A DNA stretch of 64,000 nt from Candidatus Moraniibacteriota bacterium (GTDB taxonomy: Bacteria > Patescibacteriota > Minisyncoccia > Moranbacterales > UBA1568): assembly GCA_043743535.1 (NCBI GenBank), contig JAYTWI010000020.1, positions 10,039 through 74,038 of the forward strand, read 5' to 3'. Numbering within the stretch: position 1 is the stretch's first letter; each line of letters starts with the position of its first letter. A program made the position numbers and the translations under genes. A model generated the notes under the pieces. The model ran no database searches, had not been told where the DNA came from, and saw nothing but the letters and a program-made list of their open reading frames with translations. Positions 1-9,038 of the stretch are shown one piece after another.

Positions 1-959
1 TTGCCAAGCAGGCAGGAGTAAGGGCATGTGAACAGGTCATTACCGGGGACAAGATGAGTCACTGGACAGAAAAAGAATACGACGAACACACCAAACAATA
101 CACGATTTTCGCCCGCATCGTGCCGGAACAAAAAGAAAAAATTATCGCCGCCCTGAAAAAAGACGGTTTCACCGCTATGGTAGGTGATGGCGCCAACGAC
201 GCCCTCGCGATCAAAAAAGCCGACCTGGGCATCGCTATGTTCGAAGGCGCCCCCGCCACCAGAAAGCTCGCCTCCATCGTTCTTACAAATAACAGTTTTA
301 CCGCACTGCCGGGCGGCGTCACACTGGCCGACAGTATCATCAAAAACGCTGAGATTTTCGCCAGCCTCTTTTTAGGATCAGCCCTGTTCACCGGCCTTTT
401 ATTTGTCGCCGTCAGTTGTGTGGGATATCCTTTCCCACTCACCCCGCTCAATATCACTCTCATCAACTACTTCACTGTGGGCTTCCCTGGTATTCTCGTT
501 TCCTACTGGACCCTGTGGCCAGCCGAAGAAGTGCTCGCTCCGAGTACACCGGGATTTCTCCATAAAGTCGCTCCCTTCATGATTGCCTCGGCCATTCTCG
601 AGGCACTGGCCGTCTTCCTGCTCTTTGTCTTGAGTCCCGCCACGATGAAAGCAACTTCGTCGAATTTGTGGGTAGTGGTCGGTTCCGTTTTGGTTGGCTA
701 CGTCTTTTTTCTCTTCACCCCGCGTGTCTACCGCGGCGCTCTTTCCTCTGTCCAAAGAAGAGACCTCGTCATTCTTACACTCGTTGAATTCGCCTTCTTC
801 TTTCTCATCTTTCACTTCTCCCCATTCCTCCATTTTTTTGAAATTCTCGGTTCCACTGCTACCCTTTCATCTTTCTCTTTCTTAGCGGTAATCCTCCTCT
901 TCGGGGTGATCCAAGCGACGCTCGCCTGGCGAAACACCCGCAAAGCCGCCACCCCATAA
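1..959 (+). CDS. P-type cation-transporting ATPase, C-terminal portion (5' end lies outside window)
   Basis: Reading frame is open from nt 3. ...VITGDK (P-type TGD motif) precedes the first ATG. GDGANDALAIKKADLGIAM hinge motif, then C-terminal TM helices. Confidence 0.8.
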   Translation, partial: AKQAGVRACEQVITGDKMSHWTEKEYDEHTKQYTIFARIVPEQKEKIIAALKKDGFTAMVGDGANDALAIKKADLGIAMFEGAPATRKLASIVLTNNSFTALPGGVTLADSIIKNAEIFASLFLGSALFTGLLFVAVSCVGYPFPLTPLNITLINYFTVGFPGILVSYWTLWPAEEVLAPSTPGFLHKVAPFMIASAILEALAVFLLFVLSPATMKATSSNLWVVVGSVLVGYVFFLFTPRVYRGALSSVQRRDLVILTLVEFAFFFLIFHFSPFLHFFEILGSTATLSSFSFLAVILLFGVIQATLAWRNTRKAATP

Positions 960-983
960 GCCAAAGAGTCAAACTTCGCTCCC

Positions 984-1715
984 TTGTTCATTCTGGTCAG
1001 TTCCAGTACCATAGAAACGAACTCTCTCCATATGAATTCTTTTTTCGCTCGTCATCACCACTATTGGCGACAATCACAATTTTCCCAGTCCGCACTGGTG
1101 GGCTTGGTCATGTTCGTAACGAGCCTCTACATCAATCGCGTAGCGAGCCTCTACGCCACCGCCCAAGCCAGTAACCCCGTAAGCGACCTCTTGCTCGACA
1201 ATCTGCCGGTAATGAACGTCGACTGGATTGTCAATGATATGGCGGTTCTTTTTGGTTTCTTTATGCTCTTTCTTATCCTGTGGCAACCACGGCGCATCCC
1301 TTTTGTATTCAAAAGCGTAGCCCTCTTCATCACCGTGCGAGCAGGCTTTATCGTCTTTACTCATCTAGCCCCATTTCCGGATCGTATTTACCTTGACCCC
1401 GACGATATTTTTCGCACCCTGACGTACGGCGGAGACTATTTCTTCTCCGGTCATTCTGGTATGCCCTATCTCTTCGCCCTCATTTACTGGCAGGAAAAAT
1501 GGGTGCGTTACCTGTGCCTCGGCGGAGCCGTCCTTCTGGGAGCTGGTGTCATCTTGGGTCACCTCCATTACTCGATCGATGTCTTCGCGGCCTTCTTCAT
1601 CACCTACGGTATCTTCGCGATGGCTCAGCGCTTCTTCTCCTACGCCTACCACGTCTTCTCCGAACAAGAGCCTATTCCGCCACAGGAAGAGTCTTTCAAA
1701 AATCCTCTCATGTAA
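984..1715 (+). CDS. PAP2_C / sphingomyelin-synthase-like integral membrane protein (putative)
   Basis: Multi-TM protein. FFSGHSG and HLHYSIDV resemble the SGH / HYxxDV motifs of PAP2_C phosphotransferases. The start codon could be further downstream. Confidence 0.45.
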   Translation: MFILVSSSTIETNSLHMNSFFARHHHYWRQSQFSQSALVGLVMFVTSLYINRVASLYATAQASNPVSDLLLDNLPVMNVDWIVNDMAVLFGFFMLFLILWQPRRIPFVFKSVALFITVRAGFIVFTHLAPFPDRIYLDPDDIFRTLTYGGDYFFSGHSGMPYLFALIYWQEKWVRYLCLGGAVLLGAGVILGHLHYSIDVFAAFFITYGIFAMAQRFFSYAYHVFSEQEPIPPQEESFKNPLM

Positions 1716-1743
1716 TGCTCGTATCGAAAGCAAAATAACAGGT

Positions 1744-1817
1744 ATCCACCTGATTTTACCAGCACTCGCTCGGAAACAAAAGTGCACTTTTGTTTCACTC
1801 GCTTCGTTTGGTAATAA
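1744..1817. repeat. 74-nt intergenic repeat element, copy A (inverted copy at 50628..50704; 72/74 identical)
   Basis: Direct comparison with the reverse complement of 50628..50704. Core is a perfect 24-nt palindrome, GAAACAAAAGTGCACTTTTGTTTC. Confidence 0.8.
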
Positions 1818-1818
1818 A

Positions 1819-1850
1819 AAAGACCACCCAGAAGGATGGTCTTTTTCTTA
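1819..1850. terminator. bidirectional rho-independent terminator between convergent genes
   Basis: AAAAAGACCA-cccagaagga-TGGTCTTTTT. A-tract, 10-bp stem, T-tract. Confidence 0.7.
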
Positions 1851-1864
1851 TCTCACGAACCGAT

Positions 1865-2680
1865 CTACAGTCCGTACGAAACGAAGTAATCAATCTTGGC
1901 TGCTTTCTTCACCCCTTCTACCCAGGCCTTGGCCTCGGTAGAAAATTTCTGACCCTTCAACTGCTCACGCACCTGGCTCCGCAGATCATCAGAACTCATA
2001 CCCTTCTGTGGCAGCGTCTTATTATCCTTGAGATAGGCAGTCACTTCATCTTCGGTGACGGTTGTCTTATCAGCCAAGAGGAGTTCTAATTCCTTCTGGA
2101 TCAATATCTGTTCTCGCAATTCAGATTCTGTCATCCCCTGCTGAGCGAGCGCCTGATCCAAGGTACCACCCTGGCCAGCTACCTGAGTCTCAATTTTTTT
2201 GATTTCAGCATCGATCACGGTATTCTTCACGACAATTTTGTTCTTCTCTATTTCCGTGGCAATCAGTTTTTTGGTAATCATAGTTTCGAGCACCTGCTTG
2301 CCAGACTGTTTCTCCAATTCTTGGATTATACTCAAACGGCCAATCGGACTACCGTTGACCATGGCCACTACCACCAGTCCCTTATTCGAATAGGCTAGCG
2401 CCAAAAGTAAAACCACAATAGCCACTCCCGCCACTTGAAAAAACTTCTTGTTATTCATTTTCTTCAACAATGGCAAAAGACTGGGTTTCATACCAGTACG
2501 CTCTCTTTCTACGATCGGCCGGTCTTTTGCTTCCGTATTCCCCACAAGCACCACTGGCGCTGGTGTTTCAACTGTCTTTTGTACCTGTGGTACTATGATA
2601 GTCTTTTCTGATGCAAGCACCGCGTTCACTTCATCTATCCCTCCTGTAGATTCTTCCTTTTTCGGCAGTTCATTTTCCAT
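1865..2680 (-). CDS. membrane-anchored SurA-N-terminal-domain (PpiD/SurA-like) chaperone-like protein
   Basis: N-terminal TM segment (FFQVAGVAIVVLLLALAY) followed by a SurA_N-like helical region (…QVREQLKGQKFSTEAKAWVEGVKKAAKIDYF). Confidence 0.5.
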   Translation of the reverse strand: MENELPKKEESTGGIDEVNAVLASEKTIIVPQVQKTVETPAPVVLVGNTEAKDRPIVERERTGMKPSLLPLLKKMNNKKFFQVAGVAIVVLLLALAYSNKGLVVVAMVNGSPIGRLSIIQELEKQSGKQVLETMITKKLIATEIEKNKIVVKNTVIDAEIKKIETQVAGQGGTLDQALAQQGMTESELREQILIQKELELLLADKTTVTEDEVTAYLKDNKTLPQKGMSSDDLRSQVREQLKGQKFSTEAKAWVEGVKKAAKIDYFVSYGL

Positions 2681-2807
2681 AATAGGTCCTTCGTTAATTA
2701 CTTACCTTTCCCCTCGTACGATTCGCTTTCCATCCTACACCAAAAAAGCAAAAAAGCCCACCCGAAGCGGATAGGCTCTTCCCCCCTTGTATCTGTTATA
2801 CGTTCAC

Positions 2808-3230
2808 TTATAGAGCATTCTCTTTCTCCACATAGGCCTTGAAACTCTCTAAAATAGCCTGCCAGCCAGAGCGCTGTTGCTCCTCTGAATGAGTATCTTC
2901 CATCTCAAAAGTCTCACTGACCAGTACCCCGACCATCATCGGGACGAAAGTCACCGTCACCAGGCGACCATCTGCCAACGTATAAGCCAAAAGCTCATTT
3001 TCTTTGACTGCTGTATAGGTACCAGGAAGATCAAAGGAAGATGAGCCGTCCTTGGCTGCCATAGTAAAGAGAAATTTTCCACCCACCCGCACATCATTTT
3101 CTGCGTGTGGGCAGTGCCAGTCGGCCGAGGCCTGATTCCATGCCTCGATCACTCGTGGATCAGTCCAGGCGCCCCACACCGTCTGTGGATCACCTTTGAC
3201 CATTACCTCTACCGTTATTGTCTTCTTCAT
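2808..3230 (-). CDS. SRPBCC / AHSA1 (activator-of-Hsp90-ATPase homologue)-like protein
   Basis: MKKTITVEVMVKGDPQTVWGAWTDPRVIEAWN… is a typical AHSA1/SRPBCC N-terminus. Start moved to the internal ATG at 3230. Confidence 0.65.
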   Translation of the reverse strand: MKKTITVEVMVKGDPQTVWGAWTDPRVIEAWNQASADWHCPHAENDVRVGGKFLFTMAAKDGSSSFDLPGTYTAVKENELLAYTLADGRLVTVTFVPMMVGVLVSETFEMEDTHSEEQQRSGWQAILESFKAYVEKENAL

Positions 3231-3234
3231 AGCC

Positions 3235-3672
3235 TTACTCCTTGCTAACACAGTTAAACATCCACTGCACACCATATTTATCAGTACAAGAACCAAAGTA
3301 CGCTCCCCAAAACATATCCGTCAGAGCCATCCCAACCTGGCCACCTTCGCACAAAGCTTCGAAAAGCCGCTTGGTTTCAGTGCGTGTGTCCGGCTCGAGG
3401 TTAATATAGACATTATTGCCCGGCGTCACGGTGAAGCCCATCGATTCCGGTGCATCCGTCCCCAAGAGAGCATGCCCACCTAAAATCGGCAACTCAACAT
3501 GCATCACCAGATTCTTGTCCGCTTCATTGATAGGCGGCTGCCCCTCCATCATGGGCACATCACTCATCCGCTTTATACCATCCACAAATTCCCCACCAAA
3601 CACCGATCGATAGAAATTAAACGCTGCCTCCGTCTCCCGCGGAAAATTGAGATAGGTACTGACTTTCGCCAT
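3235..3672 (-). CDS. VOC-family (glyoxalase/bleomycin-resistance/PhnB-like) protein
   Basis: …NFYRSVFGGEF…MHVELPILGGHALLGTDAP…GVQWMF… matches the PhnB-like VOC fold pattern. Confidence 0.7.
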   Translation of the reverse strand: MAKVSTYLNFPRETEAAFNFYRSVFGGEFVDGIKRMSDVPMMEGQPPINEADKNLVMHVELPILGGHALLGTDAPESMGFTVTPGNNVYINLEPDTRTETKRLFEALCEGGQVGMALTDMFWGAYFGSCTDKYGVQWMFNCVSKE

Positions 3673-3745
3673 ACATTTGTGATAAATAATTATGCTCGAG
3701 GTCTCTATTTTAACACGTGTTGGGTCTGATTCTCGATTTAAGAAT

Positions 3746-6223
3746 CTAGAGAATCTTCAGTCCCAGAGTGCAGGTGCCCACCAGTCCCGTGAGTATTCCT
3801 CCTACCACGGTACTGATGCGGTTACCCGAAGAGATAGTGGTGGGTGAACCAATCAGTGTCCCCGTTTTGGTACTGTTGAGCGATCCAGAAAGATCGATGG
3901 CTGAACTGAGCTGACTAGTACCAGCCCCAGGGGCATCCGAAGCCGTATCCACACTCACCTGGAAGGTACCGAGTAAACCAGCTGCTACAGAATACGAACA
4001 CTTGGCGCTCGTCAACTGATAGCTCCTATCCGCCACAAAGATAGCTTGCGTTAACACCGTAGCCAAAAGTGGCACTTGGATAAAGAGGGTCTGTGGGATC
4101 TTGTTCCCACCGACCGTGAGACTATCAGCCGTTGTAACCGCCAGCGTCTTCCCGGATGCAACCGTTGTTGTCCCATTCAGAGAAACTGCTCCCGTACCAG
4201 TCGCTAGTGTTCCTGAAGAGGCGGACTGATCTATGTTGCCGGAAGTAAGCGTCACACCTGTGACACCAGTGAGTGCTCCAGCAGCCGAGAGATTAAGAGT
4301 GGGAGAGGTCAGAAAATTATTCATCCCAGTCCCAAAGGTCAGGCCATTGAAAGTATTGCCACCAACGGCTGATACCGTTCCGAAAGAAATCCCAGTGAGA
4401 GTGTTCGTCCCACCAGATGTCCCCGTCAAGTCAAGTGTTATGCCTTTGACCGCATTCGTACCACTACTCCCGCTATTAGTGAGAGCGATGGTATGGGCGG
4501 TTCCGGTACTAGCAGAAAATGTCTGACTCAAAACCCCATCGCCACTCGTCAGCAGTACATCTTTGTTCGCTGCAATAGTCGTATCACCGTTGAGTGAGAT
4601 GGCACCAGTCCCCGTAGAGAATGTTCCGCTACCAACAATAGCCACATTGCCCGATCCTTGGGTATAGCCCGTGATGCCGGACAGGGCACCGCTCGTAGAA
4701 ACATCTAGTCCGGTAGAGTCCACTTGGAGGGCGCCTGTACTATTCCCCAATGTGAGCGCATTACCCGCTCCACTAGCTAAAATAGTAGCGCCCGAAGAAG
4801 TAAGTGAAGTAAAGATACTGGCTGCCGGACTGGTCCCGCCAATATTGATACCATTAATGGTGCCTCCATTAGCAGTCAGCGTGCCAGCGGTGATAGCGTT
4901 TGTCACATTCGAGAGTGTGAGAGCGGTCGCCGTGTTTGAACCACGATTGGCAACTGCATTCAGGGTGTCTGCTTCTGTTGCCGTCACTGTCACAACACCA
5001 CCGGATGCACCGATCGCATTGATACCCCCTGCTGCTACCGTCACGCTGCCGGTCTGACCGTTGAGAGCCGTCACGCCAGAATTGGTAATACTGATAGTGC
5101 CCAAACCATTAGAAATGCCAACCCCCGTCCCAGCACTGAGAACAGACAGGGCATAACCCGATCCATTGCCGATAAGCATCTGTCCATTGGTGGGAATAGT
5201 AGTGACACCGGTACCACCACTGCCAACGGGGAGCGCACTAATGCCGCTGATACTGCCACCCGTGATAGTCACACTGCCGGCGTTTTGCACAGCCAAGGTT
5301 CCAAGAGCGAGATTGGTTCGTGCTGTGGCCGCATTGGTCAGATCTGACAGGTTATTGGTTGATACCAAATCCCCTGTCCCGCCCCCACCCAAATAACTGG
5401 TAATATTACTACTAGTCACCAGCGTTCCTGAATTACCGGACAACGTAAAAGTCGCATCAGTAGAGAGCGTCCCGATATCAAGCGTCGCATAATGTGTATC
5501 ACTAGCGTCTTTTATTTTAAGGCTACTCCTCGCATCATCCAAAACGATGTTGTAGCCACCACCCTGCACCCAATCACTCGAAAGGCTTCCCAGACTTACC
5601 TCGGCCGTAGCACCCTCTCCCTGATTACCCGAAATATCAATCCCACTACCACCCACGGTTTTTTTGACATAGGCACCCGTTGTTTGTGATCCGAGTTTCA
5701 CTGCTCCGGTCTCGATCTCGGCATTTGATACCGTTTGTCCAATCAGGGATATCTGATTATTTTGTCGCAGCAGAGTGAGTAGGCGAGTTTGCTCGTCAGC
5801 TGTGAGATTAATTACCGTTCCTGAAACATCTCGAGTCAAAAGATCAGTTGGTGTTGTATAGAAATTCTGAGTGACTTCGGTCGTGTTATTCTCGATGACA
5901 CTTTTTTTGGTGATGATGTTTCCTTTAGCAGCGCCGTTCGTCACTGTCGATAAAGAACCAGGCGCGCCGCTGCCAGTGCTCTTGGTTCCTGAAGAAAAAG
6001 TTCCTTGTACTTGAGAAAAGGGAATGGTCCACTCTGCCACTGGAATCAGCCTGGTTTCATCTTGCAAAGACCGCTCCGTACCGGAAAAGAGCGGGCTCGT
6101 ATCGGTCTGAATAAGTGCACGGTCGAATACTGGCTGAATCGGCGCCGCAAGTGCGGTGCTACTAAAAAACGTAACAGTAAGCACCGCTCCAAGAAAAAGA
6201 AGTCCTCCGTATTTCTTTTTCAT
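3746..6223 (-). CDS. secreted Gly/Thr/Ser-rich repeat protein (beta-helix/adhesin-like surface protein)
   Basis: Sec signal peptide MKKKYGGLLFLGAVLTVTFFSSTALA. About 800 aa of low-complexity G/T/S/N/A repeats (…GTGVT…, …TLTGISFGTV…). Confidence 0.7.
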   Translation of the reverse strand: MKKKYGGLLFLGAVLTVTFFSSTALAAPIQPVFDRALIQTDTSPLFSGTERSLQDETRLIPVAEWTIPFSQVQGTFSSGTKSTGSGAPGSLSTVTNGAAKGNIITKKSVIENNTTEVTQNFYTTPTDLLTRDVSGTVINLTADEQTRLLTLLRQNNQISLIGQTVSNAEIETGAVKLGSQTTGAYVKKTVGGSGIDISGNQGEGATAEVSLGSLSSDWVQGGGYNIVLDDARSSLKIKDASDTHYATLDIGTLSTDATFTLSGNSGTLVTSSNITSYLGGGGTGDLVSTNNLSDLTNAATARTNLALGTLAVQNAGSVTITGGSISGISALPVGSGGTGVTTIPTNGQMLIGNGSGYALSVLSAGTGVGISNGLGTISITNSGVTALNGQTGSVTVAAGGINAIGASGGVVTVTATEADTLNAVANRGSNTATALTLSNVTNAITAGTLTANGGTINGINIGGTSPAASIFTSLTSSGATILASGAGNALTLGNSTGALQVDSTGLDVSTSGALSGITGYTQGSGNVAIVGSGTFSTGTGAISLNGDTTIAANKDVLLTSGDGVLSQTFSASTGTAHTIALTNSGSSGTNAVKGITLDLTGTSGGTNTLTGISFGTVSAVGGNTFNGLTFGTGMNNFLTSPTLNLSAAGALTGVTGVTLTSGNIDQSASSGTLATGTGAVSLNGTTTVASGKTLAVTTADSLTVGGNKIPQTLFIQVPLLATVLTQAIFVADRSYQLTSAKCSYSVAAGLLGTFQVSVDTASDAPGAGTSQLSSAIDLSGSLNSTKTGTLIGSPTTISSGNRISTVVGGILTGLVGTCTLGLKIL

Positions 6224-6224
6224 A

Positions 6225-6635
6225 CTATTTCATTAATTGTGGATTCTTCGCTTCATCGTCAGCGATAGCCTTTCGGATGACGCTATCATCTTTCATTGTT
6301 TCATAGAACAGCACATGCTCTCTATTGATAGTGATTCGGTTCTCTGGCCCATGGAGCTCATCGCCCAGCTTGATGAGAGACAACTTGGCAGTGGCTTCCG
6401 CGTTTGGCGCCTTTGGGTCAATGACATCAGTCTTGGCTTTTAGATAGTAAACATCAGACAAAACTAACATTTTTTCACCAAGAGATTGGATATGCCCAAA
6501 GTACACTTGGTCATTGGTCAAAAACACGGCACTATACCGAGCAGGGTCATACCCTCTATTCATACGGCAATACCCCCACGCCGCCCCTCCCACCACGACT
6601 AAAACCGCTACAATAATACTTATCTTCTTGTACAT
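6225..6635 (-). CDS. hypothetical N-terminally membrane-anchored protein
   Basis: Single N-terminal TM (ISIIVAVLVVVGGAAWGY). No recognisable domain. Confidence 0.45.
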   Translation of the reverse strand: MYKKISIIVAVLVVVGGAAWGYCRMNRGYDPARYSAVFLTNDQVYFGHIQSLGEKMLVLSDVYYLKAKTDVIDPKAPNAEATAKLSLIKLGDELHGPENRITINREHVLFYETMKDDSVIRKAIADDEAKNPQLMK

Positions 6636-6690
6636 ATTCTTTTGTTAAAAATGTATATGTTGTACTTGAAAAACATCTCTCACTTCCCCC

Positions 6691-7110
6691 CTACTGCCCT
6701 GTCGACATTTTTGTTCCTGCACCAGTCGAAGGAGAACGAAGCACTACGCCAAAGTCAATAATTCGATCCTCACTCGGTCGGTAGAGGAGCGCCTTTTCTT
6801 CCCATACAATCAATTTGTCTCCATTTTCTGCATGCTGATAAAAAGTATCAGTCAAACGCAATTGCTCGGCGTCACTCACGGTCGCTACGGCCGGTACGGC
6901 ATCCCCCAGTAAAACATGTTTTGAAATTTTCTCTCGTATGGACCGAGCCTCCCTTTCGCCATCTGGCAATCGGTGACTTTGCCAGTAGTTATAACCTAGA
7001 TACAGTGTGCCAATAATCCAGAAGAAAAAAAGAATCTTTTTCCAAAAATGCTTCCTCGATACTTTCGGTACTGAGACAACATCATCTGTTTGTATTTCGA
7101 CCTCTGACAT
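6691..7110 (-). CDS. hypothetical membrane protein
   Basis: One TM (ILFFFWIIGTLYLGYNYW). No recognisable domain. Confidence 0.45.
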   Translation of the reverse strand: MSEVEIQTDDVVSVPKVSRKHFWKKILFFFWIIGTLYLGYNYWQSHRLPDGEREARSIREKISKHVLLGDAVPAVATVSDAEQLRLTDTFYQHAENGDKLIVWEEKALLYRPSEDRIIDFGVVLRSPSTGAGTKMSTGQ

Positions 7111-7337
7111 ATATGAAAAATGTCTTTGAAAGAATCAAATAATTTTATTCTAAATAAATTATACACTTTTTGAGATACTTATGCCAAGTACCGCTCACAT
7201 CAAACCGCATAGGCCGTTCACATTGGCTCATGATACTTGCTTGGTGCCTACTTCGTGTGCGCCCGGTGACTTCGGTGGTGTTCGTGATAGCTCTTGCTTT
7301 TGCCCCACCCCTCCCAGTGCGCGCACAAGCAGACTCC

Positions 7338-9038
7338 CTATGATTTTTCTTTATCATTTCCACCAACTAACTTTTTGACTGTGGCAATGACATTATCAAA
7401 TACAGAAGTTAGCTTTGTTTTTGCTTCTTCGGTTAACCGAGATGTATGCATTACAGAGTTTCGTAGTGGTTTGTAGGGTTTATCTTCGTCTTCCAAGATA
7501 TCGTCTTTAATTATTTTTGCTAAATCTATGTAATCCAAATACATCAGCAGATTCTCTTCAGCAATTCTGATTTGGATTGAAGTTCCTGCAATTTTCTTAT
7601 CCTCCTGCAAGCCCTTTTTTCTGCTTTCACCTTTACAAAATTGGCACCAGCTTTTTTCTGATTGATTGGGTCTGGTTGTGCAAGTATGTCCGTCACTTTG
7701 CTTTAAACAACTAATTGGAATTTTGCCAGAATTTTCAATATGCCTTCTTAGAAGATTTTCGGAAATGAAGCACTCAATATAACCTGTACTGTTAAAAGCT
7801 GCGTCATCTGTTAGTTCTGTAAGAAAGTCATCACCCCCCTCGCCAGAACCTCCCATGTATTCTTTTTTTACTTCGCGGTATAGAGACTTTGCTTTTTTAA
7901 ATTTTGAAGCTTTTTCAAGATTACCATCTTTACCACGCTCATCACGGAGATCATCCCATTGATCCATTATTGCAAGCACTGTCTTTTTCAACTCACCCAA
8001 AAATTCTTTGTAGAGTGGGTCATCAGCGAGTACACCTTCTCGACTGCTGATGAATCTATCTTTTCCATCCTTATCCAAGGCATCAAAATGAATTTGACCA
8101 TACAAGTAGTTTTCAGGAAGCTGAGCAGATGGAATATGTTTCAAAATATCCGTCTCCCTTACTCGACCATTTACAAATAAATCCACACCCACTTTTTCTC
8201 CCGTAGAGTGTATGTTCCTATCCTTTGGAAATTCAACGGATGCAATAAAACCAGTGATCTTGTCCGCCATTTTTACGGGCATAGTTTTGTATACCTTTTC
8301 GCAATACTTCTCTAGATATTCGTCCCCAGTCCAATTGTTGATATTCCAAACAAACTCTGTCTTTTCCGCAATACTTTTTAGTGATGCAAGCGTTATGAGT
8401 TCTCGGTCAAGATATATATTGAAATTTTTATCTACGAGTGAAAATCTGAAGTGAAGCGCTATAATTTTTTTCAAAAAATCATCCGTATTGTGAATACCGT
8501 CCTTTATGTTTTCAAAACAGATAATAGTTCCATTAGTATGCCCGTCCTTCATCTCTGTAAATAATGAATCATCCACTGACTCAAGAGAATAATCGTGAGA
8601 GGATCTATCATCTTTGATGGCTTCATCTAATCCAGAATTATCTATTGCACCACCAACGTAATCATCTTCTAATGATTTTCTTGAAATGATAGTTATTTTG
8701 TCCGCACAGGACAAAAGAGCCAACTTCCCAATGCCTTTATTTCCTATATAAGGACGGAGGTACGGTTCTGGAGAGCTCATGCCACCCTGTGTTCTCTTTG
8801 AATACCCGACTTTTAAGAATCTTTCTTTAAAATCGGTGGAGTCCATTCCGATACCATCATCTTTAATCCAGAATCTATTATTTTCTTTGTCGATTGAGAT
8901 CCAGACATTTTTGGCATTCGCATCCCATGCATTGGAAATCGCCTCACCAATGACAGTAGGAAAAGTCCTGTATAAATTTCTACCGAGGTGATTTAGTACA
9001 CTCAGAGATATATTAAATGTATATTTTTCACTTTCCAT
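7338..9038 (-). CDS. MORC-like GHKL (Bergerat-fold) ATPase with central zinc ribbon and C-terminal HEPN-like motif
   Basis: GHKL motifs: EAISNAWDA (motif I), DDGIGM (DxGxG), GNKGIGKLA (GxxGxG). Zinc ribbon C…HTC…CQFC. C-terminal LRNSVMH (RNxxxH) at nt 7446-7463. 11-nt overlap with the upstream MTase gene. Confidence 0.7.
   Translation of the reverse strand: MESEKYTFNISLSVLNHLGRNLYRTFPTVIGEAISNAWDANAKNVWISIDKENNRFWIKDDGIGMDSTDFKERFLKVGYSKRTQGGMSSPEPYLRPYIGNKGIGKLALLSCADKITIISRKSLEDDYVGGAIDNSGLDEAIKDDRSSHDYSLESVDDSLFTEMKDGHTNGTIICFENIKDGIHNTDDFLKKIIALHFRFSLVDKNFNIYLDRELITLASLKSIAEKTEFVWNINNWTGDEYLEKYCEKVYKTMPVKMADKITGFIASVEFPKDRNIHSTGEKVGVDLFVNGRVRETDILKHIPSAQLPENYLYGQIHFDALDKDGKDRFISSREGVLADDPLYKEFLGELKKTVLAIMDQWDDLRDERGKDGNLEKASKFKKAKSLYREVKKEYMGGSGEGGDDFLTELTDDAAFNSTGYIECFISENLLRRHIENSGKIPISCLKQSDGHTCTTRPNQSEKSWCQFCKGESRKKGLQEDKKIAGTSIQIRIAEENLLMYLDYIDLAKIIKDDILEDEDKPYKPLRNSVMHTSRLTEEAKTKLTSVFDNVIATVKKLVGGNDKEKS

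Noticed and set aside
1546-1941. ORFs 1546..1941(+), 1365..1787(-), 50135..50746(-) and 50490..50831(+) sharing peptides (ILPALARKQKC…, FCFRASAGKIRWI…)
   Set aside because: The shared peptides come from translating the 74-nt repeated intergenic element and adjacent terminators. The ORFs overlap real genes on the opposite strand.
4233-5396. Pro/Val-rich plus-strand ORFs (4233..4526, 4671..5057, 5166..5396) inside the G/T/S-rich surface-protein gene
   Set aside because: They are antisense translations of a low-complexity repeat gene. The compositional bias produces long spurious ORFs.
7145-7378. tRNA-like or att-like sequence at the left edge of the island (ggtgacttcggtggtgttcgtgat)
   Set aside because: No cloverleaf can be drawn and there is no match to the 19-nt tRNA-Ser repeat. 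Treated as the ordinary 3' flank of the GHKL gene.
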